Source: Neoechinorhynchus agilis (lineage: Eukaryota; Animalia; Acanthocephala). Taken from it: a stretch of DNA of 64,000 nt. The notes below the pieces were generated by a model that saw only the letters and a program-made list of their open reading frames with translations, searched no databases and was not told the origin of the DNA. Both the position numbers and the translations under genes were made by a program. Shown here piece after piece: positions 10,491 to 23,935 of the stretch (position 1 is the stretch's first letter; every line of letters starts with the position of its first letter). The stretch lies in NCBI GenBank assembly GCA_051530055.1, contig CM121342.1, positions 14,027,480 through 14,091,479 of the forward strand. The letters are read 5' to 3'.

Positions 10491-12094
10491 ATGCAGCGCT
10501 GCTGAAATTTTAAAAGGAGGTTTAAAATTTTTGCAAGAAAGCTGTGCTATGAGGAAGCTATAAAAGTTATTAAAGATGCAATTGAACTGAATTCATTAGA
10601 TAAAGATGCCCAGTCATTCGATGAAGATTAACACGGGTTTTAAATAAAATTGATTTATTAACATTTTTCGAAGGCGTTTGCTTAGATGCATTATTGTCAT
10701 TAAATTAAAAAAATAAAGCTTTGCCTTCAAGAATTCGATAAAACTGTTTCGTTTGTGTAGATGTCGTAAATGATCGCTTTGGAACTCGATGAGACGTACT
10801 TCAGGCGATATTAAAAAAATCCACAATGTGAAACTACTCTGTTTTAAAGAAAATAACTTATTTCTTGTTCACTTTAAAGAAGCGAGCTTACATGTGAGAC
10901 GAAGTAACAGTTAAATTGCTCACAATACTCATGATGCAAAATTCGTTATTTAAAAATGTCGATATTTGAGGTACCGGGAGGAATGTGATTGGAATTATTG
11001 TTTAGACGTCTACACCCGCGGTAAATGATTATTTCGATTAAAAAACGCTCTGAGAATCTCGTCGGGTTCATCATCAGTTTGTTTGTTAGTAATAGACTCT
11101 ATCGATACTAACAAACAAACTGACGATGAACTCGACGAGGTTCGAAACGTCTTTAATCGAAATAATCATTTACCGCGGGCGTAGACTTCTAAATAATAAT
11201 TCCAAATTCGTTAGTATTCCGGTTCATTTACAGGTTTTGTAATATCTCAAATGGACACTACAAACGATTAGCTTAAGCTATTAAAAACTAATTCCTTAAA
11301 TTGTTAAACTTCGATTCTTTAGCTTAAAGTTATTATCAAATTATAACGTTCTCTTTCTGGTATGGGTGCTAACATGAAGACTTAAAATAATAATAACACG
11401 TTTATTTGTTAATTAACATCTTTGGGCCCTCATAAACACTTGAGAACCAAATAAACAAAGCTCATCAAAGAATGACCTGAAGCGATCTTTAGCCATTCTT
11501 TAAGGACGTTAATAATTATTTCTCAGAGCACAAAAAGTAACTGACCTATAATGTCAAAAAATAATTCATCGAAAAACAGAATTCCTTTCAATTCGACGTG
11601 CCGTATTCAAAGGAATCTTAAATTTGATAGCTTTGCTCCTTTATTCATTCGCCCCATAGTATTTCTTGCACGAGAGCGTCTTTAGAGGATAAATACTTCG
11701 TTACAGGTATTTGCAAATGTCTAAACAGTTTATGAGAAAAAAAGGCGTTGAAAATATTGATCGAAACACTCAGTTTACACGGCGTCTTTTTCAACAGGAG
11801 ATTTCCTTAGCATTAACGCCAATCATTCTCGATCTTATCTGTATTTCAACAGTGCAAAAATTCGAATCAAATTAATTCATTTTTTGGCTGTAGGTTTTCG
11901 GGCACCGCTGGTTTAAGTTATTTGGTGGACTTCGATGGTGCCATTTTCAAGTATTGTTAATTGCATTTTCCGCAAAAACTTTCCTTATGAACGTACAAAT
12001 GTCTTAACAAAAAAGATCGGATAAATTCTTAAATCGTTTGTCATTCTCAATTAATTTGTGTGAGTTACGCACTCGAATATGAGATTTGCTTCGT

Positions 12095-12685
12095 TTAGTC
12101 CCGCGGCACTTTCCGGCTCATTCGCTGCTCATGTTTCCTGATAAGACGTTTTAGATAAATTAGCTCATCTGTCAAATGTTTTTTGGTTTCTTCGAAAGAT
12201 TGGTCGTGTTGGTCACGCTCGTTCGTTAGAGCTTCAAGTTGAGACTCAACTTCAAGTATCCGGGTCGCCCGTCGATCCCACATGGACTTTCTGGGATTTC
12301 GTTGTGTTTCTTTTGGTATTTCATCGGGTGGCCGTGTCCGATAATCGGAAATGAGATCCTGAAAACGTTTCACATGGAATGGTTTGCAGGTCATCTCAAT
12401 AGAAGCCATCAGAAGATTAAGATGGAGATCGTCTAGTTTGGAGATTTGATCGAGGTGGTCAGCACCGATTGAGCATAAGACTTCGTAGTATCGGGTAAGG
12501 CTGAACTTTTCTAGCCAACAATACAACTCTTCTTCATTTGGCGTTTTGAAGGCGGGCAGCGCATTGACCAATCGATCGATACATTCAGTAAGAGAAGCGG
12601 CTTTTTGAATACAGGAAGCCTCGAGCTCAATTGAAGATTCGTTAATGGAGTCACTATTTTTTGTAAACACGATTTTAGAACGCAT
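12095..12685 (-). CDS. NAB-like protein, second copy (one Val to Ala change)
   Basis: Mirror of 2600-3190. Confidence 0.7.
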   Translation of the reverse strand: MRSKIVFTKNSDSINESSIELEASCIQKAASLTECIDRLVNALPAFKTPNEEELYCWLEKFSLTRYYEVLCSIGADHLDQISKLDDLHLNLLMASIEMTCKPFHVKRFQDLISDYRTRPPDEIPKETQRNPRKSMWDRRATRILEVESQLEALTNERDQHDQSFEETKKHLTDELIYLKRLIRKHEQRMSRKVPRD

Positions 12686-12820
12686 CTGCAATTTCGGTGA
12701 AAAAACACGGATCTACTGGACAAACGTATCAGTTTTCAGGCTAGATGACGTCACGAAGTGTGGTTTCTTTCGCGTTTTTCATTCGTGTGCGTTTCCGAAA
12801 CTGAATTCGAATAGGAGAAA

Positions 12821-13231
12821 ATGGCAATCCGAGCCGTCCGTCCGCGCAATCAGACAATTGTAAAGAAGCGAACGAAGAAGTTCATTCGTCATCACAGCGA
12901 TCGGTACAAACGTGTAAAACCGAACTGGAGGAAACCACGAGGAATCGATAATTGTGTTCGACGAAGATTCCGAGGATGTCGACCAATGCCGAGTATCGGT
13001 TACGGAAGTTGCCGTCGAACCAAACATTTGTGTCCGGATGGATTCAAAAAGTTTGTTGTTCACAATTTAGCTGAACTTGAGGTTTTAATGATGCACAATC
13101 GACGTCTTAAAGCCGAGATCGGTCATGCGGTCAGCGCTAAAACGCGTCAAAAGATCGTTAGCCGAGCCAAAGAACTCAGTATTAAAGTTACAAATCCGAA
13201 CGCGAGACTTAGGTCAAAAGAGAACGAGTAG
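12821..13231 (+). CDS. RPL32: 60S ribosomal protein L32, second copy
   Basis: Protein identical to 2054-2464. Confidence 0.97.
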   Translation: MAIRAVRPRNQTIVKKRTKKFIRHHSDRYKRVKPNWRKPRGIDNCVRRRFRGCRPMPSIGYGSCRRTKHLCPDGFKKFVVHNLAELEVLMMHNRRLKAEIGHAVSAKTRQKIVSRAKELSIKVTNPNARLRSKENE

Positions 13232-15636
13232 TAGCTTTTTTGAAAAAAAGTGCCTTGCTTCCTTAATTTTTAACTACAATTGGAAATACTTTTGGGTTTG
13301 TGATTAATTGATAAGCGCTTCCGATTCCTTGGAATGTCATCCAAAGATCCTAAATACTTCGAAAGTACTGGACTTATCGAAAGCATTCGACTCCGTAAAG
13401 AGCTCACTGCTCCTCCAGGCCTCTTCCGATTTCGGTCTAAACGCATGGCGCGCTTTTTCCAAGTGACCCATGAAACGATTAGCGAAAGCTGGGGCAATAG
13501 GTGAACCCTTGGCTATTTTGAACACATAATACTTTCCATCGAAGTCAAAACTTGCCGCGCAACCCGGTAATAGCGTCGAATATTGCACTACACAATATAC
13601 AAACTGGCCAGTGGTCAATTACGAGCAAACATTGGTTATAGCAAGTGAACGCAATAACTTTCGAGCCTTCTTAATTAAAGAACAGAAACCGGACATGAAT
13701 GACCAACGAAGCTACAAACTCTGTCTTCATAGCTAACCGAAATGAAACAACACTATGGGCCATAAATACGTGTGAGAGCGTAATAATTACTTAAACACTT
13801 ATATTTTAGAACTGATGATGAATCCGACGATGTTCGAAGCGTCTTTAATAAATATTCATTCACCGGGTGTAGACCTAAACAATAATTCCGATAAACTCAT
13901 TGCCGGGTTACCTTCTCGAACACCATCACCAAAGACACCCGTCCCCTTCACCACTTCTTTTTAATATTTTCTTATACGAACTTAAATCCTTCTGGTCTCA
14001 CTCTAAACTTTTCTTATGTGCCGACGATCTCATCCTCGCCACGCAATCACCGTCACACCCTTCTTCGTTTTAACTTCTAACAAAATCACACGCATCGAAG
14101 ATCTCTGCATCAACCACAAACTCTACCTGAACTTCTCTAAATGCTTCGAAGTGATCCCCTCAATCTCCCGCATTCCAATATCCTATCCCGAGCTTCCGAA
14201 TGACATCCTACGAGTCACCTTCCTCAGAATTTTATGTTTTCAGTTTCAATCAAATCTTAATTGGAATTTCCTCAAGCGCCTATCCATTTAAGAATCCCTT
14301 CGTTTTACGGCTATTCCACCTTTTGCAACATGTCCAAATCACAAACCCGTCGCCTTGAAACTTTTCATAGAGGATATTCTAAAATTTGCACAGATGATTT
14401 CCCCTCTCACTGAATACCTCAAAATTTTTAAACAGCTCTCTGCCCTACCACCACAATTTTTACCATAATTTATTCCCATTTTCACATCAGCACAACACCC
14501 GTAATCCCAATTTATTTCATCCTCCCTCAACCTCGCACCTCCCTCCATCTCCGCTCCTTTTTCCATATTCTCAAATATCATAGCACTAAATGAACCTGAG
14601 GAAAGACCAACCTCACAAGCTATCATGCAAACAATAATCGCCAATCCCCATCCGAACGGACATTCCCCGACCGGATATTCCCACCCCATCGAACTCGTAA
14701 TCCACTCCAAAATCAACAAACGCATTCATTGAACAAATCAGAACTCGAGTGTTTATGAGGACGCAAAGGTACATGGATCCTATTCTTTGTTAATTAACAA
14801 ATAAACGTGTTATTATTATAACGCTCACCTGCACATACCCAATCTTTTGCAATTTTTCTTCTTATCTATTCCAAAAATCTAACATCTTTCACAAGCGATG
14901 TGCTCTAATCTGCTTCTCAAACTCATGCCTTTAGGAAAACACCTCGCTCTAATATTCCAAAAGTACTCAGAGCTTCTTCATTCTCTCCCTCCTCCATTTC
15001 TACCACACATTTCTCATTTTACTCACACTTACAACACTCGTGCCGTCCCAACATTTTCCGCCTTACAGTCCGCCGTTTCTTCGCTCTTGGTTCTCCACCG
15101 CTAAATCCTCCAAATGTGAATTGATTCGCAGGAAAAAACAGAAAACAACATCAATCTTACAACTTAACGTTTATGAGCGGCAAAGATGGAACAATCCGCC
15201 TAAAGTTTACAAGTTACAATTTTCACTAGATGCCTGAGATGCATGTTTCGGTAGCTTGTATTTTACCAAATAAAACGTTTCATTGAGGGTTTAAACAGGT
15301 TTGCATAATTTTACTTTAAATTGTCTTTTCTCCTAAAGACAATATTTTTGATGGATCTATTGTCTGATGATATCAGACGAGGGCGATTGCCGTTGAGTGA
15401 AAAACTCAGTTTATGATTACTTTTTTGTTCTATATCGAAGTTACAGTTTCGTAAGGTATCGCTTAATTTTCTTTATTAATTCAAGAACGGACGTTTTGAG
15501 CTCTGTTTTGACGTCTTGCATCAAACGTTGAGAACCCTAAGATCTCTTGTTTATTTTACAGCATATTGGTCATCGATTTTCTACAATCGTTCGGGGATTG
15601 TATATCCCAAACTTTGACATGTCTTGAAAACATCTT

Positions 15637-16670
15637 TTGTACAAAAGGCGAAGAATTGAGCAATTGATATCGCCATTGCAAAAGCATAATCCGCGATCGT
15701 CTTACAATTTGTCGAGATTGAACGCCGAACAGATTACGACCGAAGCGATGACACAAGATCCTCGTTTGCCTTATGGGACATTCTCTGCACTCGTACGGAA
15801 TGCCATCGAGGATAGCATTTTTAATCAATGCTGCATCCATGAAATTTACGATTATGTTTCGCAAAACTATCCTGATTTAACGCGAAGGCGTCCAATGTGG
15901 CGGGTTTGTGATTTTTGTTAGCCAAATATATATTTTAGTATTCTCTTTTTGGTATTTAGAGTTCGATCCGTCGCTGCCTCTTTACTGGCAATCAGTTTGA
16001 ATTAATCGACTACCCAATGATTTCTGATTGTCAAGTATTCAGGATAAATCGGACATTTCGAGGCCGAACAAGCAGGTTACGTAGTTATGCGTGTCCACGG
16101 AATCCATTGCCAAGAGAACCTTTCCAGCGAAATAATACAAGAAACGTACGGAGAAATGGGGTCGGAGCACCCCCAGTTCAGAGTCGTTTAGTTTTTGGAG
16201 ACACTATTCGTCGTAGAACTCAAGTCGTCCATGGACCAACAGGCAACCGATCGTTTCCATCACAAGGAGCTACGGATCTTCAATTCGAAAATACCGAATA
16301 CCGATCAGAATTTGTTCGAGAATCGTACACTCAAATCACTCATCTTTCTACGCATCAAAACCAACCTCCTCGAGAAAGCAATAATTTTCATCACGGACTT
16401 TCACCAACCGTAGATGATCATTTAGCGTGGATTTCGAATCGCGCAAGTAATAGTCATTTCGGTTTGGAAACTCACATTCAGCAGCACTCGACTTGGAGAA
16501 CTGAACATGAGAATGTTCGAGCACCGTTTCAGCGGTCAAACGATGCTCAAATGAACCAAGGACAAATAAATCAAAACGATCTCAATTTATTTCGTCAACG
16601 ACCGAACGCGTTGAACTCAAGGACGATTTCAAAAGGAGCAATCGCTTTAGACGTGCAACATAGACCATAG
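15637..16670 (+). CDS. Divergent forkhead-domain transcription factor, GT-AG intron at 15904-15959; start uncertain
   Basis: Spliced product RLPYGTFSALVRNAIEDS...IHEIYDYVSQNYPDL..PMWR|SSIRRCLFTGNQF matches forkhead helices 1-3 and is in frame with ORF 16017-16670. Confidence 0.8.
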
Positions 16671-17319
16671 AACGCTGAATAAAAAATTCAGAGGCCAATT
16701 AGCTTAGTCTTAGACTTAAAATTTTGATCCACTCAAATTTATTTAGTCATGAGTGTTTTAATGTGGATAGATTTTTCTTCGAAGAATCGGTTCACTGATC
16801 ATAATCAATAAAACGTAATGGCTTCTAAGGGGACAGTAGCGGTTTTGGTCAAATGGAAGCACAGCAACGGTAACACATTTTGTTCAATCTATTAACTACC
16901 CAGTACACCTGAAAATTGTTTTGTTTTTGATTAGGATTCTCTGTAGAATTTTAATCTCTAGCGCTTTTTGTTTCTGAGTGTAAAACTAATCTTTTTGTTT
17001 TTGATCAACAATGATTGAAATTCTAGTCGTCGAAGAAAACGTTTTTTCTAATCAGAAAATCTCAGAAGTTTATTCGAATTTAAGATCAAATTTGGGCAAA
17101 ATCGAAATGTGTTAAGTTCTCGTGTTTTTAAAGAATTAAGTGTGCCTTTTATTCGGACTGTTTTTTCTAGTCTTCTTGTTATCGAAATATATGTAATAAA
17201 AAACTATTAGAATAAAATGATCGGAATAAATTCTGGTAAGAAAGGTGTGGACATGAAATTGTGATCATCTTTACGCTTTCCCCGGCTTTCGTCGTTTTTA
17301 TTTCGAAATTCGCGGTTCA

Positions 17320-20300
17320 TTAGTGGCTCACAGTATCGACCAAGTTCTTTATAATGTCTCGGACAATCTCTTCCATATCACTTAAATTTCTAAGGAATAT
17401 TGATCCACTCACTTCCTCTGGATTGTATTTGTCCGATTTGTCGATTTCTTTATCCTGAGAGCTTAAATCTTTAACAATCGTCATCATATGACTAACATCG
17501 GTAACTGTAAGTACCGATTGGAAACTTGCGCATCCTCCCGGTCTTCGTTTGGTAACCTCAAACCTTTCGTGCGGCAAAAGGCAGAGCTGCACCGGTTTTA
17601 CCATCAATGTTTTGAGCGCTGATTTTAGTTCTAGACATCGTGAGAAGAGGTCTACTTTCCCAAGGATGTAAAGACCAAGTCGTGCTCTGGACATTGCAAC
17701 AACGAGTCGTCTAACATCTCTCAGATGCCCCACGGAACTTTTCGATCTTACTAATGAGAGAATAATATAATCGTTTTGTTGCCCCTGATACTTGTCTACT
17801 GTACTCACGATCTTTGGTCCCTTTCCGCGACACCGGACACTGATCACGTCTCTAATTAGATGTTTCTGTCCATTGTACGTGGTTAAAATCGATATCCTGT
17901 CTCTGGGATACTTGATGATTGATGTCATGTAGACGAAAAGAGCAACTGCATATTCAGCTTCCGCAAGGTTTTGATAAAAATATGGAACCGGTTCGGATTC
18001 GCCCGATAATATCGAGGATTTCGTTTAAGCCCAAACTGTTTGATGGAATTTAGAAAATAAATTGAACCAGAAAAATTTAGATAACAGAATGAAGTTTCCA
18101 AGTCGCAAAGTATAAATATGATTATTCCGTTTGCCTTTAAATCGAACTTGAATATATTGGGAAATTTAAGGGCCTCTTGGATTTCTACAACGTCAGGTGA
18201 ACGATGCATTTTTATATTTAAATCATTTTAGAAGTCAAAAACGAGAATCCTCGACCTAATTTAGGATTATCTGGCACATCAATCAATTGGTAATCATACA
18301 AGAATCCGGGATTTGCCCACTGATCCATTTTGTAAGTATGGTCCATATTTGCGAGCGCTTCATATCGCCAACTGAACAGCTGCGCTATGCTTGGTCTTGA
18401 GCGTCCTTGAGCGTCTAATTGAACTACAGGCACGCCAAGTCGAACAAAGCGAGCAAAAAGCGATTGTTCCATATTACATTGTTTTTGAATGTCCTGATTT
18501 CTTATCACTGGCGGCAGTTGATTGTGATCACCAATCATTATCCATCGCTTTAATCTAAAATGCCCTATATCAGGTTTCTGCAGAAGTAATGGAATGAACG
18601 TCTCGATTTCGAGAATCTGCGCTGACTCTTCCATCAGAATGTTATCATATTTGAATCCAACGCTGAGAAGATATTCGCGTCTAAGGGCCGCATGAGTGCA
18701 GGTCATTGCTATAACCTTAGCATGCTTCACAAGTAAAAACTTGGCTCGTTCTACACCCGATCGCATTTGTTCGAACGCAAAGTAGTCGGCTAATTCATCG
18801 AATATTGACGATTTCAGGTAATAAAAGCACTGATCAGCCACATGCATATCCTCTTCAATACTCTTGCCTTTAAAATTCAGTTGACCGAAATAAGTATGGA
18901 ATGGGAACAGTGACCGAACATCCTGAGGTCGTCTTACATCCATCTTAAATCGATCCCATCGTGAACGAATGTGATGAAGGAAAAAATATCCCGCTGTTTC
19001 ACATGTGTATCCAACATCGCCTTCAACACCTAAACCACGGGCGAGTTGACTTACTTCTTCTAGAAGACGAAGCCGACGTTCAAGTATATAATCAACGCGA
19101 CCGAATCGACTAAAGTCACTTTCAAGATTGCGTTCGCCATGACCAAGACGAAGAAGATGACGTTCTTGAACACCGACGCGGATAATTTTCTCAAACAATT
19201 GATTTAATGCCTGATTTGAATGGGTTATTATCAATGTTCGCTGATTTGGTTCATTTTTGTAAATATTAGCGATTATCTGAACGGCAAGGTCAGTTTTTCC
19301 TGTTCCTGGTGGACCTACGACCATTGTAAGACCTCGTGGGGCTGTTGTAGACAAAATGGCATCCACTTGTTTTCGCGTAAAGCGAATTTGATTTACAGGA
19401 CAACATTCTGGCACAAGACGAGTCATGGGTTTACCTTCATTCGACTCACGAACTATTTTCTCATTAATCCATCATGAGCGCATTTTCCTATTCAAGACCA
19501 TTATTATATTCTAGGCGAGAGCACTATGAATGAAAGCGTATTGATTATCGAAGTAAATCAAGGAGTGTGTGTGTGGTTTATTTAAACAGAAAGTGAATTT
19601 TAGCAACGGGGTTAAACGGGAGGACTTAATTCATTTAACTATGCGACCATGATCAAGTAGTAGGTTTCATTTTGACTAGAAGTTTACTTGCGCCTTCAAA
19701 TTTTAGACAAAAGGGAGGTTTGGCGTTCTCCTTCGTTGTTCCGATAAACTCTACCTCGTGATCTCCGTCAAAAACGTCTACAATGTGATTTCCGTCAAGA
19801 AAAGTATCATTCCAATCGCACCAATCGTTATTGCTATCAACCAATTGAGAATAATGAGCCGAATTTGGCTGTCCATATCCGAGAAGAAGATCATGTAACC
19901 ATGAAGGTAACGTTGAGTTTGCATTCATAAGCGATCTTATCGTTTCGAGAACTGATTTAAAGTTATTCTCTTTTGGATTGCGTCTTACAATGACGTTAAA
20001 GCTCGAGTACACATCGCTGGTATGCTCATTGAAGCCATCCAATCTGTATTGATTAGCGTCTAACTTTACCCTGTATGTGCGTTTGTTCGTTGAGCGATCA
20101 ATGTTCGAATCAAGAAAAACAGTTTCTTCAACGAGCTTACCACTTGCGTCCAATATTCCTTCAACCTCACATCCACGAACCCACTGAACCCCAAATTGAT
20201 CTCTGAAATTATCTTTTACCTCTCCATCAGTCCTTCCGTTTAAAGAAAGTAAAAAACACACATCGTATTTTCGAAGAGCTTCCCATTCAGACCTTATGTC

Positions 20301-22671
20301 CTCTCGCAAATCCAACAGAAGTTCAACATCCGCACAAACATTCGATGGACAATCTTCACCAACATTAGGAGCGCTGACTTGAATGATTGTGAACGACTGA
20401 ATTGGTAGTGCCATCCTTGACCAACCATTAAAAAGACAACGACCTGATCGCTGACAACTAACTGGATTCATCCTCGATATTACGTCTTCAAGATCCTCTC
20501 GAATGGCGTAATTAGAATCGTGTTTAAAGAGAACGAAATTCCGGTATAAATAATCGTGTAAATTTGGCACGTCTTTCTATTAAAGAACTAAGGAGATTAA
20601 ATTTTTAGAATGGCAAATAATAATTAAAAAACACAAATTTCCATAAATTGATCAATCTAAACTGAACTAGAATTTAGGGTACGTATTTTAAGCCCAAATA
20701 TCGTTTAATCACAAAGCAAAAGTAATTTTAAAATGCTCACCTTCCAAATTTTAATAGTATCTTCGGTTTACGGTTTTAAGTAAGGTACAACCGTGCACGG
20801 AATTCTAAAAATCTATGAAATGAGATGGCACACGAAGTCTTCTTAATTACAATGTAACGTCGATTATCCGAAAGGCCAATTTTTGTCCGGGTTGCTTTCT
20901 TACTCAAATTCTGTTGCTAGAAGAGAATCAGAGACTGCAGCGAAAAAACGGAGGTGTGCAATGGGGTACAGAGATCAAATAAGTGATTATTTTCATGAAT
21001 AAAGCCAAAATTATGAAATTCTGCAACCATTTTGCCTTTTTAAGAACTTTTTCCGCATGCTGAGAACTTTGATATCTGTAATCTGGCTTTACAAGCTGGA
21101 TAGACCACATTGAATTTCAATTCGCTAACGAATGCTCGTTTTGAAACAAATTTTAGTCTGTGGAATGTTTTACAAACACATTCAATTCCTGTTAATTGGA
21201 CCACATATGAAAGCGGTCGATTTAACCGGATTTGACTGTATCTAAGAAGCGTAGACAAGAATCTAAATAGATTTCTACCTTTGTTTTTGAGGAGTGCGAA
21301 TACCACTCGCATTGAACGTACATAAAATTTAGCAGTGAAGAAAAAACGGTTATGAACTCTGTTCGAAGTGCTCATAATCCAAGTGCGGACGAATAGAAAA
21401 ACTATTGAAGTTGAGAAGTACCAACATAAACTGAGAAATTGGATATTTAGTATGGGCAGGAAAGTGCTTTTATCTTTCGACCATAAGACTTCTTCAGTTG
21501 GATATAGTGGCATTGAATTTAGAATTTCAAAAATTGTTTGTTTTCGTTCATATTTGTTGACGAGTGCATCGATTCGTTCAGAGCGCCGTTTAATTTCATC
21601 ATCTCCTTTGCTAAAAACCATGATTTCTTCACATACTGTTTCAAATTGAGCTTCATTTAAACGTTCAAAAAGGGACCTTAAATTATTTTTTTGATCGAGT
21701 TTGGATACATTACTCACGGCGTATTGAATGAGAGGACAAGTTGGTTCACTCACTGTGAGATGACGGCAGAGTTTAAATAGAATCCGCTGAAGATAACTCA
21801 GTTTTTCGTAATGCAATCTCTCGCCGTCGATGTTGTTTATTAAGTCGGTATTGATGAGATGTTCAAGCTGATTGACGAGAGTGTTGTTTTTAATAAGAGG
21901 ATTTCGTTTACAGTTAACAACGAAATTCATTTCGTCCAGTATAGCGTCCAGGAACCGTCTTGTTGGTAGTTGAGACTCGCACTCGATAACGAATTTAAGA
22001 ACGTTATTTATATAACGACTATCAAGCGAATCGAGGCAACTTCGAAGAAGATTAGCGATAAAGCGTCCATCTTGAGAGTAGAGCCTAACGGCGACCGAGT
22101 AGAGTTTCATCATTTTTCGTGGATTTCCGGACTTGGTTAACTCATGAAGTCGTCTTTTTTCACTCAAATTCAACCAAATGCACAATCCAAGGATTCGCTG
22201 GACTTGTTTCCTTACCACGTCCACTTCAATACTATTAACACAATGACCAATAAAAATAAGCGCTACCATTTGTTCGTTCGTCTTTAAAGAAGAAGTGAAG
22301 AATATGGATAATATGCCAGTAAAGAGCGTTTGGATCGATTTAGCAGAGAACAGTGACCATGCAGTGGATCCTGTCAGTGTATTAACTTCAAATTTGGTGT
22401 TTATCATCGCACAAATCGATAAAAATAGTTCCACTGATTGGTTTGAACCACTCAGCGCCGGAATTAAACATCTCTCCAAATATTGACAGAATTCAAGCAA
22501 GTTCAATCGGGCTTTTGAGAACGAACTAAGAATCATTTCACGCTCGTATATGCTTTTTATAAGTCCATTCAAATCCGAGATGGACTCTAAAGACTTTTGT
22601 AGCCATGTCGTCTGTGCCAATTGAACGATAGCTGCACTCTCGGACGCATTCAATTCCGTTTGAACCAGCAT
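17320..22671 (-). CDS. AQR: Aquarius / intron-binding SF1 RNA helicase, four coding blocks (about 22671-21430, 20560-19660, 19450-18256, 18010-17320)
   Basis: [137 protein letters not shown]. Confidence 0.96.
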
Positions 22672-22919
22672 TACCGTTCATTTTTGTGGTTCAAACACGG
22701 CCATCGCATCAATGTTCTTTCGTGCATTCGTCCATCGTAACCTTGGATTTTGCGAGATTTTTGTGTGTAAACTTAATAATTCTTCGGATCTCCTGCTGGG
22801 TTTTTTTGGACCGAGACTCCGATCGAGAAAAAGAAATAGTCGAAGTGTTAGAAAGATATAGATTTTCCCCAAAACTTCCCTAGTACGTTTTATTTTTTAA
22901 TTTTATTGAGCGGAATCTG

Positions 22920-23935
22920 AACTCAATGGATCCTGAGGGAAACATTGAGGTTACTAGAGAACAACCACGTGACTACCTACCGTTCCTCAACATGATCTTC
23001 AGAGTAGACGAACCAACTCAAAGAGCCTGGTATAGGAAGTTATGTAAAAAGGACATTGTCCTACATCGGGTCTCACATCACCCATGGGCGATTAAGCAGG
23101 CGATTCTAGGAGGCATGTTGAGAAATGCTAGATTATGCTCGACAACTAGACAGAGCAGATTAGATGCAGAGGAACGGATCCGTGGTATTTTCGCAAGCAA
23201 CGGATATTCTACACAAGAAGTAGACCGGATGATTGACAGGGCAAACAACCGACGAAATCGGAACGATCGATTTACCACTGTCGGGAATTCCGTATATATC
23301 CGAAGATTTCACATGGAACGTGAAGCGAATACTTTTGGAATGCCACGTCAGAGCTCGGGTTGTGCATATGACCGGTCCTTCCTTAAGAAAACTTCTGATG
23401 AGGACTAATCACCACGAGGATCAGGAGAATTGTCCAAAAAAGTGCATTACGTGCACTCAATGTCAATTGGACAATGGAGATGGAAGACGAAGACCGAAGG
23501 CATCCTGTATGATGAGCAACGTGGTATAGCGGATCACATACGGCAATTGCATGGACCAGGGGAAATCCTGCAGCTACATTGGAAAGACGGAGCGGAGGCT
23601 ACACCAGCGGGTAACTGAGCATTTCTGTAATGCACGTAACCCGCACGCACCGTCGTACGCGTCAGCACTGTTGGCCACCCATTTTGCTAACCACCACAAT
23701 AATGTTAGCTTAGCCTTGGGGTGGGGGTTCTCTACAAGGCATCTGATCCTGTAGACCTTTTGCATTGCCGAAGCTCTGCTTATTGGCCGTGGAGGAGTAG
23801 CAGCATCCGTGGCACCAACAACGGGATTACTCAATAGGAAGGATGAATTGTTAGACAGTTTATCCCTTGTCTGACCTTTTCAGAGGGAGAGTCCACGAAG
23901 AAGCCGTGAAGCGGCAAAAATTCGGACAAAATAAA
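22920..23935 (+). mobile_element. 5'-truncated Penelope-like element (RT C-terminus plus GIY-YIG), frameshifted
   Basis: LPFLNM...WYRK...LHRVSHHP..KQAI, PYISEDF, SYIGKTERRLHQRVTEH (GIY-YIG), then a hammerhead-like motif and aataaa at 23929. Confidence 0.85.
23891..23927 (+). ncRNA. Decayed hammerhead ribozyme at the PLE 3' end
   Basis: GUCC-acGAAGA-A-GCCG(UGAAG)CGGC-aAAAAUUC-GGAC: both stems are intact but the core is mutated at C3/U4 and G12. Confidence 0.55.

Larger units (their letters stand above)
9671..15285. repeat. Right arm of inverted duplication 1
   Basis: Reverse complement of 1-5745 with scattered SNPs and a 132-bp deletion. Position 15285 (cattg) pairs with position 1 (caatg). 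Confidence 0.97.

Noticed and set aside
19430-19670. Aquarius intron 2 as another non-canonical intron
   Set aside because: Canonical GT-AG joins of plausible length exist, I saw no terminal inverted repeat, and the local protein is poorly conserved.
23395-23410. CTGATGAG at 23398 and CTGATGA at about 15365 as hammerhead cores
   Set aside because: No stem II/GAAA follows. The first lies inside coding sequence (KLLMRT).
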